Assembly (NCBI GenBank): GCA_009392915.1
Contig: CP045477.1
Location: forward strand, 775,633 to 839,632
DNA length: 64,000 nucleotides
Direction of reading: 5' to 3'
DNA from: Candidatus Forterrea multitransposorum CG_2015-17_Forterrea_25_41
GTDB taxonomy: Archaea > Iainarchaeota > Iainarchaeia > Iainarchaeales > CSSED10-239
Both the position numbers and the translations under genes were made by a program. Positions 9,971 to 20,600 of this stretch are shown one piece after another (position 1 is the first letter of the stretch; each line of letters opens with the position of its first letter). The notes below the pieces were generated by a model that ran no database searches, had not been told where the DNA came from, and saw only the letters and a list, made by a program, of their open reading frames with translations.

Positions 9971-10570
9971 ATGAATCAAAATACAATTGATAATAAATAT
10001 GAAATGATAAAAAAACACCATACAGAAACTTTAATGGAAGCAATAGAAACTAAAAAAGTTGATGAAATATTAATTCCTTTTCTTTTAGAAGTTACAAAGA
10101 TTCCAGATGTTTTTACTTCTTCTTCTTGTGCTGGAAGAATAATGCTTTTATCTACAGATGAATATGAAAATAAGAAAGTCTCTTCTTTTCATAAAAAATA
10201 TCATAGAACAACAACTTTTGAAGAACTTAAACAAGATACTGATGATTTTAATGAATCTGAGCTTTGGTTTAAGATGGAACCTTTTATTTTTCATTTTGGA
10301 TGTAAAGATTATGAAAAGGCAAAAGAACTACTTTCTTTTTCTCAAGAATTTGGGCTTAAAAAAGCAGGTATAATAACTGCTCATGATGGAAAGTATATCT
10401 TAGAGGTTACAAGTACACAGTATATGGCCTTACCTTTAAAGGAAAATGGTAAAATGTTAGTTACTGATGATTATTTAAAATTTATAGTTGATAGGGCAAA
10501 TAAAAAAATAGAAAAAAACTTTGAAAGACTTGAAAAGTTTTCAAAGTTATTTTTAGAAAGGTTTTCTTGA
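9971..10570 (+). CDS. taw3: tRNA wybutosine-synthesis methyltransferase Taw3/TYW3-like
   Basis: TYW3-family motif DVFTSSSCAGRI and length of about 200 aa. The track ORF begins at a TTG at 9959; the ATG at 9971 is preferred. Confidence 0.5.
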   Translation: MNQNTIDNKYEMIKKHHTETLMEAIETKKVDEILIPFLLEVTKIPDVFTSSSCAGRIMLLSTDEYENKKVSSFHKKYHRTTTFEELKQDTDDFNESELWFKMEPFIFHFGCKDYEKAKELLSFSQEFGLKKAGIITAHDGKYILEVTSTQYMALPLKENGKMLVTDDYLKFIVDRANKKIEKNFERLEKFSKLFLERFS

Positions 10571-10576
10571 AAATAT

Positions 10577-11536
10577 TTATTTTTTATCATCTTTTAAATA
10601 CGCTTTAATAAATGGTAAATAATTTTTAAGATCATCAGGATCTACTTTATTTGCAACTTTTTTAACATCTTTAGTTTTACTAATTGTATCTGTGACTTTA
10701 TTTAATAAAGATGTAAGCTCCATTGGAAAAATAATTTTAGAAGATTGTCCTTCTGCCATTTTTTCTAAAGCTTTTAAATAATAATAGATAACTGTTTTTT
10801 CTGATAATTGATCAGTTGCATCTTTAACAGCTAAAATTTTTGCTTTTTCAGATTCTGCAAGTTCATAAACAGCTAGTTTTTTCTGAACTGCTGCTTTTTG
10901 TTCGTGCATTGCCATTAAAATATCATCTGGTATTTTAATATCAGTAAGTTCAACAGAAGTTACTTTTACACCCCATTCTTTAGAAACACTTTCTAAGGCT
11001 TTTTTAAGTTTAGTATTAATCTCTTCAATGTTTGTAATTACTTCTGTAATTTCAAATTCACCCACAACATCTCTAAGCATTGCAATAACATACATTGTTG
11101 ATGCTTTTCTATAATCTTCAACACTAACTATAGAATTAATTATGCTTTCTTTATCATTTCTAACAGATATAAATAATACACCATCTATTCTAAGTTGGAT
11201 GTTATCTTTTGTTAAAACATTTTGTGGAGGAATGTCCATGGTTTCTACTCTTAAAGTTACAAGGTTTGGTTTTTCAATCAATGGCCATACAAAAGTCCAT
11301 CCTGGTCCTCCAACTCTTCTAACTTTTCCAAATCTAAAAATTACTGCTCTTTCATAATCTTTTAAAGTAAGTATTATTTTTAATTTAAATATTAAGAATA
11401 TAAAAAACACAATTCCTAAAAACCAAAAAACACTAGTTTGTATTTTTTGACTTAAATAAAAAATAGCGATTATTAAACCTAAAACAAAAAGGGTCAATAT
11501 TGTAAAGATAAAATTTTTAAATTTAGATTCATTCAT
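10577..11536 (-). CDS. SPFH/band-7 (stomatin/prohibitin-like) membrane protein
   Basis: N-terminal TM helices followed by an SPFH core (ERAVIFRFGKVRRVGGPGWTFVWPLIEK...LTKDNIQLRIDGVLFISV) and a C-terminal coiled-coil. Confidence 0.8.
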   Translation of the reverse strand: MNESKFKNFIFTILTLFVLGLIIAIFYLSQKIQTSVFWFLGIVFFIFLIFKLKIILTLKDYERAVIFRFGKVRRVGGPGWTFVWPLIEKPNLVTLRVETMDIPPQNVLTKDNIQLRIDGVLFISVRNDKESIINSIVSVEDYRKASTMYVIAMLRDVVGEFEITEVITNIEEINTKLKKALESVSKEWGVKVTSVELTDIKIPDDILMAMHEQKAAVQKKLAVYELAESEKAKILAVKDATDQLSEKTVIYYYLKALEKMAEGQSSKIIFPMELTSLLNKVTDTISKTKDVKKVANKVDPDDLKNYLPFIKAYLKDDKK

Positions 11537-11623
11537 AGAATATTCATTTTTATAAGTTTATGTAAATAAATTAAATTACAATTGTTTTATATATTTTTCT
11601 ATATTATATATTTTGGAGTACTC

Positions 11624-12919
11624 ATGGCTAAATCTAAAAAATCAGAAACTAATAAAACTAATGAAGTGAAAATAGTTTCTCAAACAATCTCTGATGAGAT
11701 TTTAGATCAAGAAAAGATATTAGTCGTATGTGTAGATAGAGATAATGATATTGGTCAAAAAATTAATGTTACTGGTCCAATCATTGGTTTTAAAAATAAT
11801 GTAAAGGTTGTTACTAATTTTGGAATTGCAGATCCTGAAGATTCAGATGCAAATTGTATTTTTGGTGGTTTGAAAGTTTATAAAAAATTAGAAAGTAATA
11901 CTGATGTTGAAATTGTAACATTAACAGGACATTCAAAAGAAAATATTTTATTTTCTGATAAAAATATAGCTAATCAATTAAAACAAGTATTGTCTGTTTA
12001 TCCTGCAACAGGTGTTGTTTTTGTAAGTGATGGTGCAGAAGATGATCAAGTAATTCCATTAATTCAAAATTTTGTACCTATAATTTCTAAAGAAACAGTA
12101 ATTGTTAGACAATCTAAAAGTTTAGAAAGTACCTTTTATACAATAAAAAGAGCTTTAAAAGATCCTTTTTTTGCAAGAGTTGTTTATGGTGTTCCTGCAA
12201 TTGCTTTATTGTTATTTGTTTTCTTTAGGGCTTATGCTTTACAGATTGTTGCTTTTTTACTAGGAATGTATTTTTTAGTAAAAGGTTTTAGTTTAGATAA
12301 AAAAATAATTTCTTTTTTTAAAAATGTTACAAATAAATTTTCAATATACAGGATAAGTCTTCCTTTTTATCTTGCATTTATTTTCTTTTTAATCTTTGCA
12401 ATTATTAAAGGATTAAATCTTTATTATCAAAATCAATATTTTGATTATTTGTTTATTATTGTTTCTTCTATTAGATCTGTACTTTTACAAATAGTTATTG
12501 CTTTTGTACTTTTAGTTATAGGTTCAATAATTGATTTATTCTATTTGAAAAAAATGTTTAATTTAGGTAAAAATATTTTTGCTTTGTTTTTTATAATTAT
12601 ATTTTCAATAATTGTTGATTTTGCTTTACAATTTATAATTCAAGATATAAATATTTCATTCTTTTTATTAGTGGTAATCTTTGGATCAATCCTTTTAGTT
12701 TTAGTAAGTAGATTTACTGTTCTATTTGATGTGAACTTTAAAGTTAGTCCTCTTTTAGTCGGGCTTTCAGTCTATTCTAAGTATGGTTTGTTTTTAGGAG
12801 AAGTAACTGGTGTAGATGATAAGAGAAAAGTTTTAAGATATAAGGAAAAGAACACTGAAAAAGTAAAAACTATTTCTGAAAAGAACTTTGTTTTAGAAAA
12901 TGGTACTATTCTAATCTAA
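11624..12919 (+). CDS. Archaeal polytopic membrane protein with cytoplasmic DUF373-like N-domain
   Basis: Soluble N-domain (ILVVCVDRDNDIGQK...VSDGAEDDQVIPLI) followed by about 6 TM helices. The ATG at 11624 is preceded by GGAG; the track start at 11582 is a TTG. Confidence 0.35.
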   Translation: MAKSKKSETNKTNEVKIVSQTISDEILDQEKILVVCVDRDNDIGQKINVTGPIIGFKNNVKVVTNFGIADPEDSDANCIFGGLKVYKKLESNTDVEIVTLTGHSKENILFSDKNIANQLKQVLSVYPATGVVFVSDGAEDDQVIPLIQNFVPIISKETVIVRQSKSLESTFYTIKRALKDPFFARVVYGVPAIALLLFVFFRAYALQIVAFLLGMYFLVKGFSLDKKIISFFKNVTNKFSIYRISLPFYLAFIFFLIFAIIKGLNLYYQNQYFDYLFIIVSSIRSVLLQIVIAFVLLVIGSIIDLFYLKKMFNLGKNIFALFFIIIFSIIVDFALQFIIQDINISFFLLVVIFGSILLVLVSRFTVLFDVNFKVSPLLVGLSVYSKYGLFLGEVTGVDDKRKVLRYKEKNTEKVKTISEKNFVLENGTILI

Positions 12920-13135
12920 GTTAACATCAATAGTAAGTTGATTTTCACAAATATTTAATTGATCTATACAATTATTGATTTCTTTATTTAATATTTGAAT
13001 CTCATTAAAACTAGGGTTATTTTTATTTTTTGTAAACAAATTTCCAGAAAAAACAATTGCACCAAGTATAAACCCAACAATAAGGCTTACAACAATTATA
13101 ATAATAGTAGTTTTTGAGTATTTTTCACTATCCAT
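12911..13135 (-). CDS. Small single-pass membrane protein (hypothetical)
   Basis: 74 aa with TM IIIIVVSLIVGFILGAIVF. Could be spurious. Confidence 0.2.
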   Translation of the reverse strand: MDSEKYSKTTIIIIVVSLIVGFILGAIVFSGNLFTKNKNNPSFNEIQILNKEINNCIDQLNICENQLTIDVNLD

Positions 13136-13319
13136 AAATTTTTCACATTTAAATATTATCTATGAGTGTATGTTTTTAAAAACATTAGTTTATTTATTAG
13201 TTTGTATTCTAAACTATAATTTTAAAGCAATTAGTTAATCTAAACCGATGCATTTATAAATCTAATTACTAACATATTAATATAATTTTTATATTTAAAA
13301 TTAAAGTGAGGAATTAACT

Positions 13320-13580
13320 ATGTACAAATATGCTATTGCAAGACAACTTGCTACAAAAAAATTAATTACAAACAGAGGAGACAATATCGGACGTTTAATT
13401 GATTTAATGGTAAATGAACAATCAGGAGAAATAGAATCTATTTTAGTTGAAGTAGATCCTGCATCTGCATTTATACAAAAATTAAGTTTACAAGGAAACA
13501 TGCTTGAGATACCTTACAAGAGTGTTTTAGCTGTAAGTGATGTTTTTATAGTAGACGAAGGTCAAGTACAAAAAGAATAA
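13320..13580 (+). CDS. PRC-barrel domain protein
   Basis: About 86 aa with the small archaeal PRC-barrel pattern (GDNIGRLIDLMVNEQSGEIESILVEV). AGTGAGG ribosome-binding site upstream. Confidence 0.55.
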   Translation: MYKYAIARQLATKKLITNRGDNIGRLIDLMVNEQSGEIESILVEVDPASAFIQKLSLQGNMLEIPYKSVLAVSDVFIVDEGQVQKE

Positions 13581-13588
13581 ATTTTTAT

Positions 13589-14635
13589 TTATTCTTTCTT
13601 CTCTATTGTATATGTCTTTTTCTTTTGATTAATTTCAGTAATATATAGTTTAATATTTTTTTCTTCTAAATAATTATTTATTTTTAAAATAATTTCTTTA
13701 GAATCTATTTTTTTAAAAGTAGCTTTTTCAATAATTTTATTTATTTGGTCTACAAGTGTAAAATTAGAATAAATAAATTCTCCTTCTTTTTCAAGAGTCT
13801 TTATTTTTTCTTCAAACTGTTCTTTTTTATCTTCTTGTGATTTTAGTATTTCTGAAACTTTGTTTTTTTTAATAGTTTCTTTAACTTCTTCTTTTTTTTC
13901 AAAGAAATTTTTAAACTCGTTTTCAAAAGAATTAAATATATCTTCTCCATCTCTTGAAATTATAAAACTATTTTTATTATTTTTATTGATTTTTTTTACC
14001 CCTGGGTTTTCAAGCTCATAATTTTGGTAAATATTTTCAATTAATTGCTTTTTAGAATCTAATATATCATTAATTTCCATAGGAGCAATATTATATTTTC
14101 TTGAAAGCACTCTAATTTTTTCAGGATCTGTTAAATCTTTTAATTCTTCTTCTATTTCTTTTTTATTTTTAAGTTTAATATCTTCTCCAGAAGGGAAATT
14201 ATAAGTTTCTCCTTTCTGAATAGTTCTATCTTTCCATTCTTCTTTTTGTCTTGAGGTTATTATCTTAAAATTTTCATCTGTTAAAATTACATTTGATTTT
14301 GAAAAGAATTCAAATATTAAATAATATTTATCAAGTTTAAAACAAATTACTTTATTATTTTTATCTTGATAGATATCATGTATTCTTTGATTATATAATT
14401 TTTTTTTAAGATATTTTTCAAATCCTAAAATTTCTGAAACTGGAAAAGTATGTTTTGGTAAAAAACATATTTCAGGAGTTATAATTAGTTCTTTTGTTTT
14501 TTTAGAATGTATTTTTATTTTCCATATCTTGTTATCAATAGTCTGCACATTATTAATATATCCTAAATTAAATTCTTCTTTTAATTTTTTAGCGATATAA
14601 TAAAAAACAGTACTTGTGGTTTGTATATTTTCCAT
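13589..14635 (-). CDS. NFACT-N domain protein (N-terminal module of an NEMF/Rqc2/FbpA-like ribosome quality-control factor), stand-alone
   Basis: Aligns by eye to the NEMF N-terminus: YINNVQTIDNKIWKIKI versus RVNNVYDVDNKTYLIRL; SNVILTDENFKII versus GNIVLTDYEYVIL; GETYNFP versus RERYP. Confidence 0.65.
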   Translation of the reverse strand: MENIQTTSTVFYYIAKKLKEEFNLGYINNVQTIDNKIWKIKIHSKKTKELIITPEICFLPKHTFPVSEILGFEKYLKKKLYNQRIHDIYQDKNNKVICFKLDKYYLIFEFFSKSNVILTDENFKIITSRQKEEWKDRTIQKGETYNFPSGEDIKLKNKKEIEEELKDLTDPEKIRVLSRKYNIAPMEINDILDSKKQLIENIYQNYELENPGVKKINKNNKNSFIISRDGEDIFNSFENEFKNFFEKKEEVKETIKKNKVSEILKSQEDKKEQFEEKIKTLEKEGEFIYSNFTLVDQINKIIEKATFKKIDSKEIILKINNYLEEKNIKLYITEINQKKKTYTIEKKE

Positions 14636-14638
14636 AAA

Positions 14639-15703
14639 TTATTCATTACTATAATCTGTATATTCTAGGTTGTTATAAGAATATATTTTTTTAACTATTT
14701 TTTTATTGTTAAACCTATATTCTTCATAAAGTTTGTTTACATCAGTATTTTTATAAGTATCCATAGGTATATTTTGAACAATATCTAAAATATAATAAGT
14801 TTCTTTAATCTTTGTACTTACAAAAGAATGTACTTTATCATCTTCAAGTAAAACTACTTCTATGCTTGATAAGTTATCTTGCATTCCTTGCATTACAGAA
14901 CAAAGAATAACTGATATTGTTTGTTCATCGCAAATTTTTTCAGAAATAATTTTTGAAAAATCCATCCAAAAAATAACTTTTAAATCATTTTCAATAACAT
15001 CAATTTCTGTTCTTAGATAATTATATATTTTTCTAAGTGTTGTTAAATAATCTTTATTATAATCATAAGCAATTGGTGTGAATTTTGAAATTATACTTTT
15101 TATTGTTAAATCATTTGGTTTTACCATTTCTTTAAGTTGAGAAATAGTTTTTCTTTCATCTTCGTTTATTAAATCTTTATATTTATTAATAATTATTGAA
15201 TAATATTTAATTTTATTAATATCTTCTTCGCTAGCTTTTGTTTCTGTATTTTTTTTAATATTTTTAATAAAATCTTCAAGTTCTTTAATTCTTTCTTTTA
15301 AATTTAAATTTTCAACTTCAAGTTCACTAACATCTCCTTTTATTTTAAGATTTTTAAATCTTAGTTCTTCTTCAGGAGAGTCATCTTTTTGTATTTTTGT
15401 AAGGTTTGAAACTTCTAAATTAATTTTAGTTTCTATTTTTTTAAGTTCGTCATTAATTTCTTTTAATGTTTTTGAATATATTGATTCATCAATACTTTTT
15501 GCTGTATATCTATAAGAAAGTTCTTTTTTTTGTTCTAAAAGTTCTTTTTTCTTAGTATTTAAATTTTCAATAATCTGCCATGTTTTTTGTTCTTTGTTAA
15601 TAGGGTCTTTTTTCTTAACTCTTAAATTAACTATAGCTATAATTGTACCAAATGACAAAAATATAAAAATTATTATTAATATCTGTGAAAAATTAATTGA
15701 CAT
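14639..15703 (-). CDS. N-terminally membrane-anchored coiled-coil protein (hypothetical)
   Basis: TM ILIIIFIFLSFGTIIAIV followed by a long K/E-rich coiled-coil. Stop lies 4 nt before the NFACT-N gene. Confidence 0.3.
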   Translation of the reverse strand: MSINFSQILIIIFIFLSFGTIIAIVNLRVKKKDPINKEQKTWQIIENLNTKKKELLEQKKELSYRYTAKSIDESIYSKTLKEINDELKKIETKINLEVSNLTKIQKDDSPEEELRFKNLKIKGDVSELEVENLNLKERIKELEDFIKNIKKNTETKASEEDINKIKYYSIIINKYKDLINEDERKTISQLKEMVKPNDLTIKSIISKFTPIAYDYNKDYLTTLRKIYNYLRTEIDVIENDLKVIFWMDFSKIISEKICDEQTISVILCSVMQGMQDNLSSIEVVLLEDDKVHSFVSTKIKETYYILDIVQNIPMDTYKNTDVNKLYEEYRFNNKKIVKKIYSYNNLEYTDYSNE

Positions 15704-15802
15704 ATTCTTTCTTTACCTCTAATAATATATTATAGGTTTAGGTTTATATAGTTTTTCATTTTATATATTATTATTTTTTATATTTAATAGTAAAGAGGTT
15801 AG

Positions 15803-15858
15803 CTTTGGTTTCCTTAATATATCTATTTAAAAATACTTTGGTTTAACTAATATATATA
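15803..15858. promoter_or_regulatory. Two about 23-bp direct repeats (CTTTGGTTTnnnTAATATAT) upstream of tuf; additional GGTTT(A)GGTTT at 15736-15746
   Basis: ctttggtttccttaatatat (15803) and ctttggtttaactaatatat (15836), 17 of 20 identical and spaced 33 bp apart. Confidence 0.3.
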
Positions 15859-15994
15859 CTTATAAGACACTATTTATAGTAAAATGTGTTTTGTAAATTT
15901 ATCTTGTTTTTTACAAAAATTACAAGAAAAATTTATGTTTTTATTTTAAAAAAACAAAAAAATTAATTTAAATCAAAATAACGGAGGAATAAAT

Positions 15995-17272
15995 ATGGCA
16001 GGTGAAAAACCACATATTAACACAATTTTCATTGGTCACGTTGATCAAGGTAAATCAACATTAGTTGGAAGATTAATGTACGACACTGGATCTTTATCAG
16101 AACAAGATTACAGAAAACTTGAAGCTATTGCTCAAGAGAAAGGTAAAGGAACTTTCGCTTTCGCTTACATGATGGACACATTAAAAGAAGAAAGAGAAAG
16201 AGGAATTACTATCGATGTTAATTATAAAAAATTTGATACTAAGAAAAACTTTTTCACAGTTATTGACGCTCCTGGTCACCAAGACTATATTAAAAATATG
16301 ATTACAGGTACATCTCAAGCAGATGCTGCTGTTTTACTTGTTGGTGCTAAAGAAGGTATCATGGCTCAAACAAAAGAACACTCATACCTTGCAAAAGTAT
16401 TAGGAATTAATCAATTAATTGTTGCTGTTAACAAAATGGATGAAATTGAATATAAAGAAGAAAGATTCAATGAAGTTAAAGATGAAGTTAGCAAATTATT
16501 AAAAGGAATTGGTTACAAAGACGAAATGTATAAAGTAATTCCTGTATCAGCATGGATGGGAGATAACGTTGCTAAAAAATCTGAAAAATTAGCATGGTTT
16601 AAAGGTCAAACTCTTTTAGAAGCAATGGATGAATTTAAAGCTCCAGCATCAGCTGCAGATAAACCATTAAGACTTCCTGTTCAAGATGTTTACAATATCA
16701 AAGGTGTAGGAACTGTTCCAGTTGGTAAAGTTTCAACAGGTGTTATGAAACCTAATGATAAAATTATTATTAATCCTGAAGGTACATTAACAGATGTTAA
16801 ATCAATTGAACAACACCACGAACAATTACCTCAAGCAAATCCTGGTGATAATGTTGGTTTCAACTTAAGAAAAGTTGGTCCTAAAGACATTAGAAGAGGA
16901 TCTGTAATTGGACACGAGTCAAATCCACCAAAAATTGCAGAAGAATTTACAGCACAAATCATTGTTATAAACCACCCTTCAGCAATAACAGTTGGATACA
17001 CACCAGTATTCCACATACACACAGCTCAAATCTCTTGTACTTTCACAGAACTTGTAAGAACACTTGATACAAAATCTGGTGGAACAAAAGAAGAAAATCC
17101 AAAATTCTTAAAAACAGGAGATGCTGCAATTGTAAAAATTAAACCAACTCAACCTTTAGTTGCAGAAGCATTCAAAGACTATCCACAACTTGGTAGACTT
17201 GCAATAAGAGACATGGGTAAAACAGTTGCTGCTGGTGTTATTATAGAAGTTAAGGAGAAAGTAAAGAAGTAA
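15995..17272 (+). CDS. tuf: Translation elongation factor aEF-1alpha
   Basis: GHVDQGKST, DAPGH and NKMD GTPase motifs. Full-length match to EF-1alpha/EF-Tu. GGAGG lies 8 nt upstream of the ATG. Confidence 0.95.
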   Translation: MAGEKPHINTIFIGHVDQGKSTLVGRLMYDTGSLSEQDYRKLEAIAQEKGKGTFAFAYMMDTLKEERERGITIDVNYKKFDTKKNFFTVIDAPGHQDYIKNMITGTSQADAAVLLVGAKEGIMAQTKEHSYLAKVLGINQLIVAVNKMDEIEYKEERFNEVKDEVSKLLKGIGYKDEMYKVIPVSAWMGDNVAKKSEKLAWFKGQTLLEAMDEFKAPASAADKPLRLPVQDVYNIKGVGTVPVGKVSTGVMKPNDKIIINPEGTLTDVKSIEQHHEQLPQANPGDNVGFNLRKVGPKDIRRGSVIGHESNPPKIAEEFTAQIIVINHPSAITVGYTPVFHIHTAQISCTFTELVRTLDTKSGGTKEENPKFLKTGDAAIVKIKPTQPLVAEAFKDYPQLGRLAIRDMGKTVAAGVIIEVKEKVKK

Positions 17273-17333
17273 ATTTTTTAAATTTACTTTTTTCTTTTTT
17301 TATATTTTTTAAAAGAAGGGAGTTTGAGATTTT
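17273..17333 (+). terminator. T-rich tract between tuf and rps10 (possible archaeal oligo-T terminator / attenuator)
   Basis: Runs of 5-8 T (tttttttctttttttatatttttt) directly after the tuf stop codon. Confidence 0.25.
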
Positions 17334-17642
17334 ATGCAGACAGCAAGAATTGTTTTAACAAGTACTGATTATGAAAAACTCACCGACTTTTGTAATAACT
17401 TGATAGATGTTGCAAAAAGAGCAGGTGTTAAACATTCTGGAATAATACCTTTAAAGACAAAAAAATTAGTTGTTCCAACAAGAAGAGGTGTTTCTGGTGG
17501 AGGAACTGAGACTTATCAAAAATTTCAATTAAGAATTCATAAAAGAATTATTGATGTTAAGGCTGATGATAAAATCTTAAGAAAAGTTATTAGGGTTGAA
17601 GTTCCATCTGATATCCAAATGGGTATCGAGCTTAAAGAATAA
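17334..17642 (+). CDS. rps10: 30S ribosomal protein S10 (uS10)
   Basis: Follows tuf as in the conserved archaeal tuf-rps10 unit. RIVLTSTDYEKLTDF...IDVKADDKILRKV is typical of uS10. Confidence 0.9.
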   Translation: MQTARIVLTSTDYEKLTDFCNNLIDVAKRAGVKHSGIIPLKTKKLVVPTRRGVSGGGTETYQKFQLRIHKRIIDVKADDKILRKVIRVEVPSDIQMGIELKE

Positions 17643-17675
17643 TTTTTCTTTAAGTTTTTTTTCTATTTTTTTTAT

Positions 17676-20600
17676 TTAAAAAAAGTTAGATAAAGATTTC
17701 TGTTTCATTTCTTCTTTATCAACAAACAGAGAATTAATATCTTCTTCAGCTAGAATTACTTTCTGATAAAGATAAGGTTTTAATTCATATTTTTTAATTA
17801 AGTTTTTTGCAACTTCTAAATATTTTTTAATAGAACCTTCATGTATTGTCATTACAAGTTTACCTGAACAATTAAGACAAATACCAGAAAGAGGAATTCT
17901 TCTATACTTAGAATTACATTTAATACATCTTAGTCCTTGACGAGCAAAAGCTCTGGTGTTACCAATAATGTCTGGGAATAAGTGATAGTGTAATAATCTT
18001 TCAAGAGCATCTTTATTATCTACTGCTCTTATCTTTTTTTGAAGTTCTGCTTGTCTATCAACTTTATCTTGCATAGATTTAATTGTAAGGTAAGCACTCA
18101 TTTTTGGTCCTTCATCAAAAATAGAAGTATCATGTGTAAACTTCATACAAGTATATTGATCTTCAGTTCCTAGATAATCAGAAACATATTTTAAATTTTT
18201 ATCATCAGCATCTAAAAATCTTTTAGAGTTTTGATAAAATTCAAAAGGATATTCTGTAGCTGTTTCAATTTCATAACACTCATCATCAATTTCATAAGGG
18301 TTAACAACAGTTGTAAAAGCAATAGGTGCATCCATTCTTCCACCTCTACCTTTACTTAAATATTTAGGTGAAAAATTTAATAATGCATCCATTAAAAGCA
18401 TTATTGAGTCTTGATCTCCATCTACATTTCTTCTTTTAGCTGTAATAAAAAAAGGATGTCCAAAACAAAGTCTTGCTTTTGAAAAACCTAATATTCTTCC
18501 TACAATTCCAGCTGATGTGTGTGGTGCAAGACCAATTACAAGTTCACCAATTAATTCTTCTTTGTCTTTAAAATTAAAATATTTTTCTTTTTTATAAAAT
18601 TTTTCTAAAAGATCATCAATAAATCTTGTAATTTTTAAAAAATATTCAGCAGTGTGATCTGAAATAATTATGTCTTGTGGAAAAAGATCAATTATTTGAT
18701 TTTCATCTTTTATTTCTTTTCCTTGATAATCTATAACATAACCTAGTTCTTTAACTTTTTCAACAGTTAGGTTAAGTTCTTTAGGTTTAAATTGAGTGAT
18801 GGTTGCATTTAATGCTTCATATCTAATTGTTCCATCTCTAAAAACATAAAGTCCGTGTTTACTTCTTAATATTCCTTTTTCAAGAGCTTCTGTATATTTT
18901 TCTTGACTTGCAAGTTCTTTAAAACCTTTTAAAGTCTCAGGCACACCAACACCAAGATTATTAATTGCTTTTTTAATAAGGTCATCTAAATTTACTTTAT
19001 TATTTATTTTTGCTCTTCCTTCTTCATTACATACAGGACAAGTTTTATTAAAACTAATTTTTTTACAACTATAACATTCATATAGTTCTTTAGTTCTTTG
19101 ATCACACTCTAAGCAGTAAGGTGTAAACATTATTTTTTTACAACTTTCACATTGATATCCTTTGACTTTAATATCCATGCTTCCAGAATAGTTTTTCTTA
19201 GAATCAATTGTTTTTAATAGATCTCTATTGTTTCCAAAACCTTCTCCAACAGGAAAAATAGTTGCACTTTTACCTGGCAAAATTCTTTCGTGTGCAGCTT
19301 CTGGTCTTCCCATTCTTGCTCCAATAAAACTTCCTGCTTTTTCATTTATTTTTAATTTTGAAATTATTGTTAATTTTTCAACAATTGTTTTTTGTTTATC
19401 TTCTAAAACTTCTTTAAATTCTTCAAGAGGATTTGTTGCATTAAGTGCACCAAGAGTTTTTAAAAAAGGATATGCTATTTCTTTTTCAAGTAATATTTTA
19501 TTTTCTTCTAGAAGATATTTATGTTCAACACCTATTTTTTCTAAAATACTTTTTATAACATTATTTGTTTTTATTTTTGCACCAATAATTTTATCTTCTA
19601 AAAATATTTTTTCTGCAGTTCTAAATTTTTCAATAAGTATTTTTAGTTCTTCATTATCAAGAAGTGAATAATAGGCAATGTATTTTGGATATAAAGAAAC
19701 TTTATACTTTAAACTTAAACTAATTGCTTTATAAGGATCTGGGTTTTTATAAAATTCATACAGATTTTCAAAATCATCTTCTGTTATTTCTTCTTTTCTT
19801 AAAAGATATTTCATTTCAGAAAGCCATTCTTCTTCAACATATCCTGCTTTAATTAAAGGATGTCCACTTTTTTTAAAGTCTCCAATATTAATTAAAATAT
19901 CTCCTAAAAAAAGTATTTTTTCTATTGATTCTCTATGTTTTAAAGCTTCTTTAACATTATTAATTTTAATTACATCTTTATTTTTTAATCTTACAATTGG
20001 ACCTTCGATACTATCACATGGAAAATACTGTAAAGACTTTCCTGGTCTTTCAATTCTGCCGTGTGTTCCAACTGCTATAAATTCTTCTAAAATATACATG
20101 GTTGCAGGGTTTATTGCTTTTGCCATAAGCCCAGTTGTTCTTGTTTTACCATACCTAAGTCTAAATCCTCCAGGTACTAAAGGGTATGAGAAAACTGGTC
20201 TTCCTGCTGCAAGTCCTTCTAGATATTTTGTTGAAGGTTTAAGTTCAAAAGAACCTTCTGAGGTTTTTTTAACTTTAATTAATTTTTCAAGCCAAGACCA
20301 ATCAAGTCCTAATACTTTACTTGTTTTTAATATTTTCATGGCTCTAACATAAACACCATCAATCATTACAAGACACATTGCACCTCTTACTCTGTTTGTT
20401 TTAATTCTTTCAAGATCTCTGTTTACCATTAATTCAACATCACTATCAGGACCACTATTAATACACACAGGGCAATTTTCTGCAATTACTCTTATTTCAT
20501 CTTCAGTAACTCTTTGTTGTCTAACAACAACATCTGATTGATAAATCATATTTTCTTCAATTAATCTATCAACTTCTTGTTTTGAAGGTTTATATCTATC

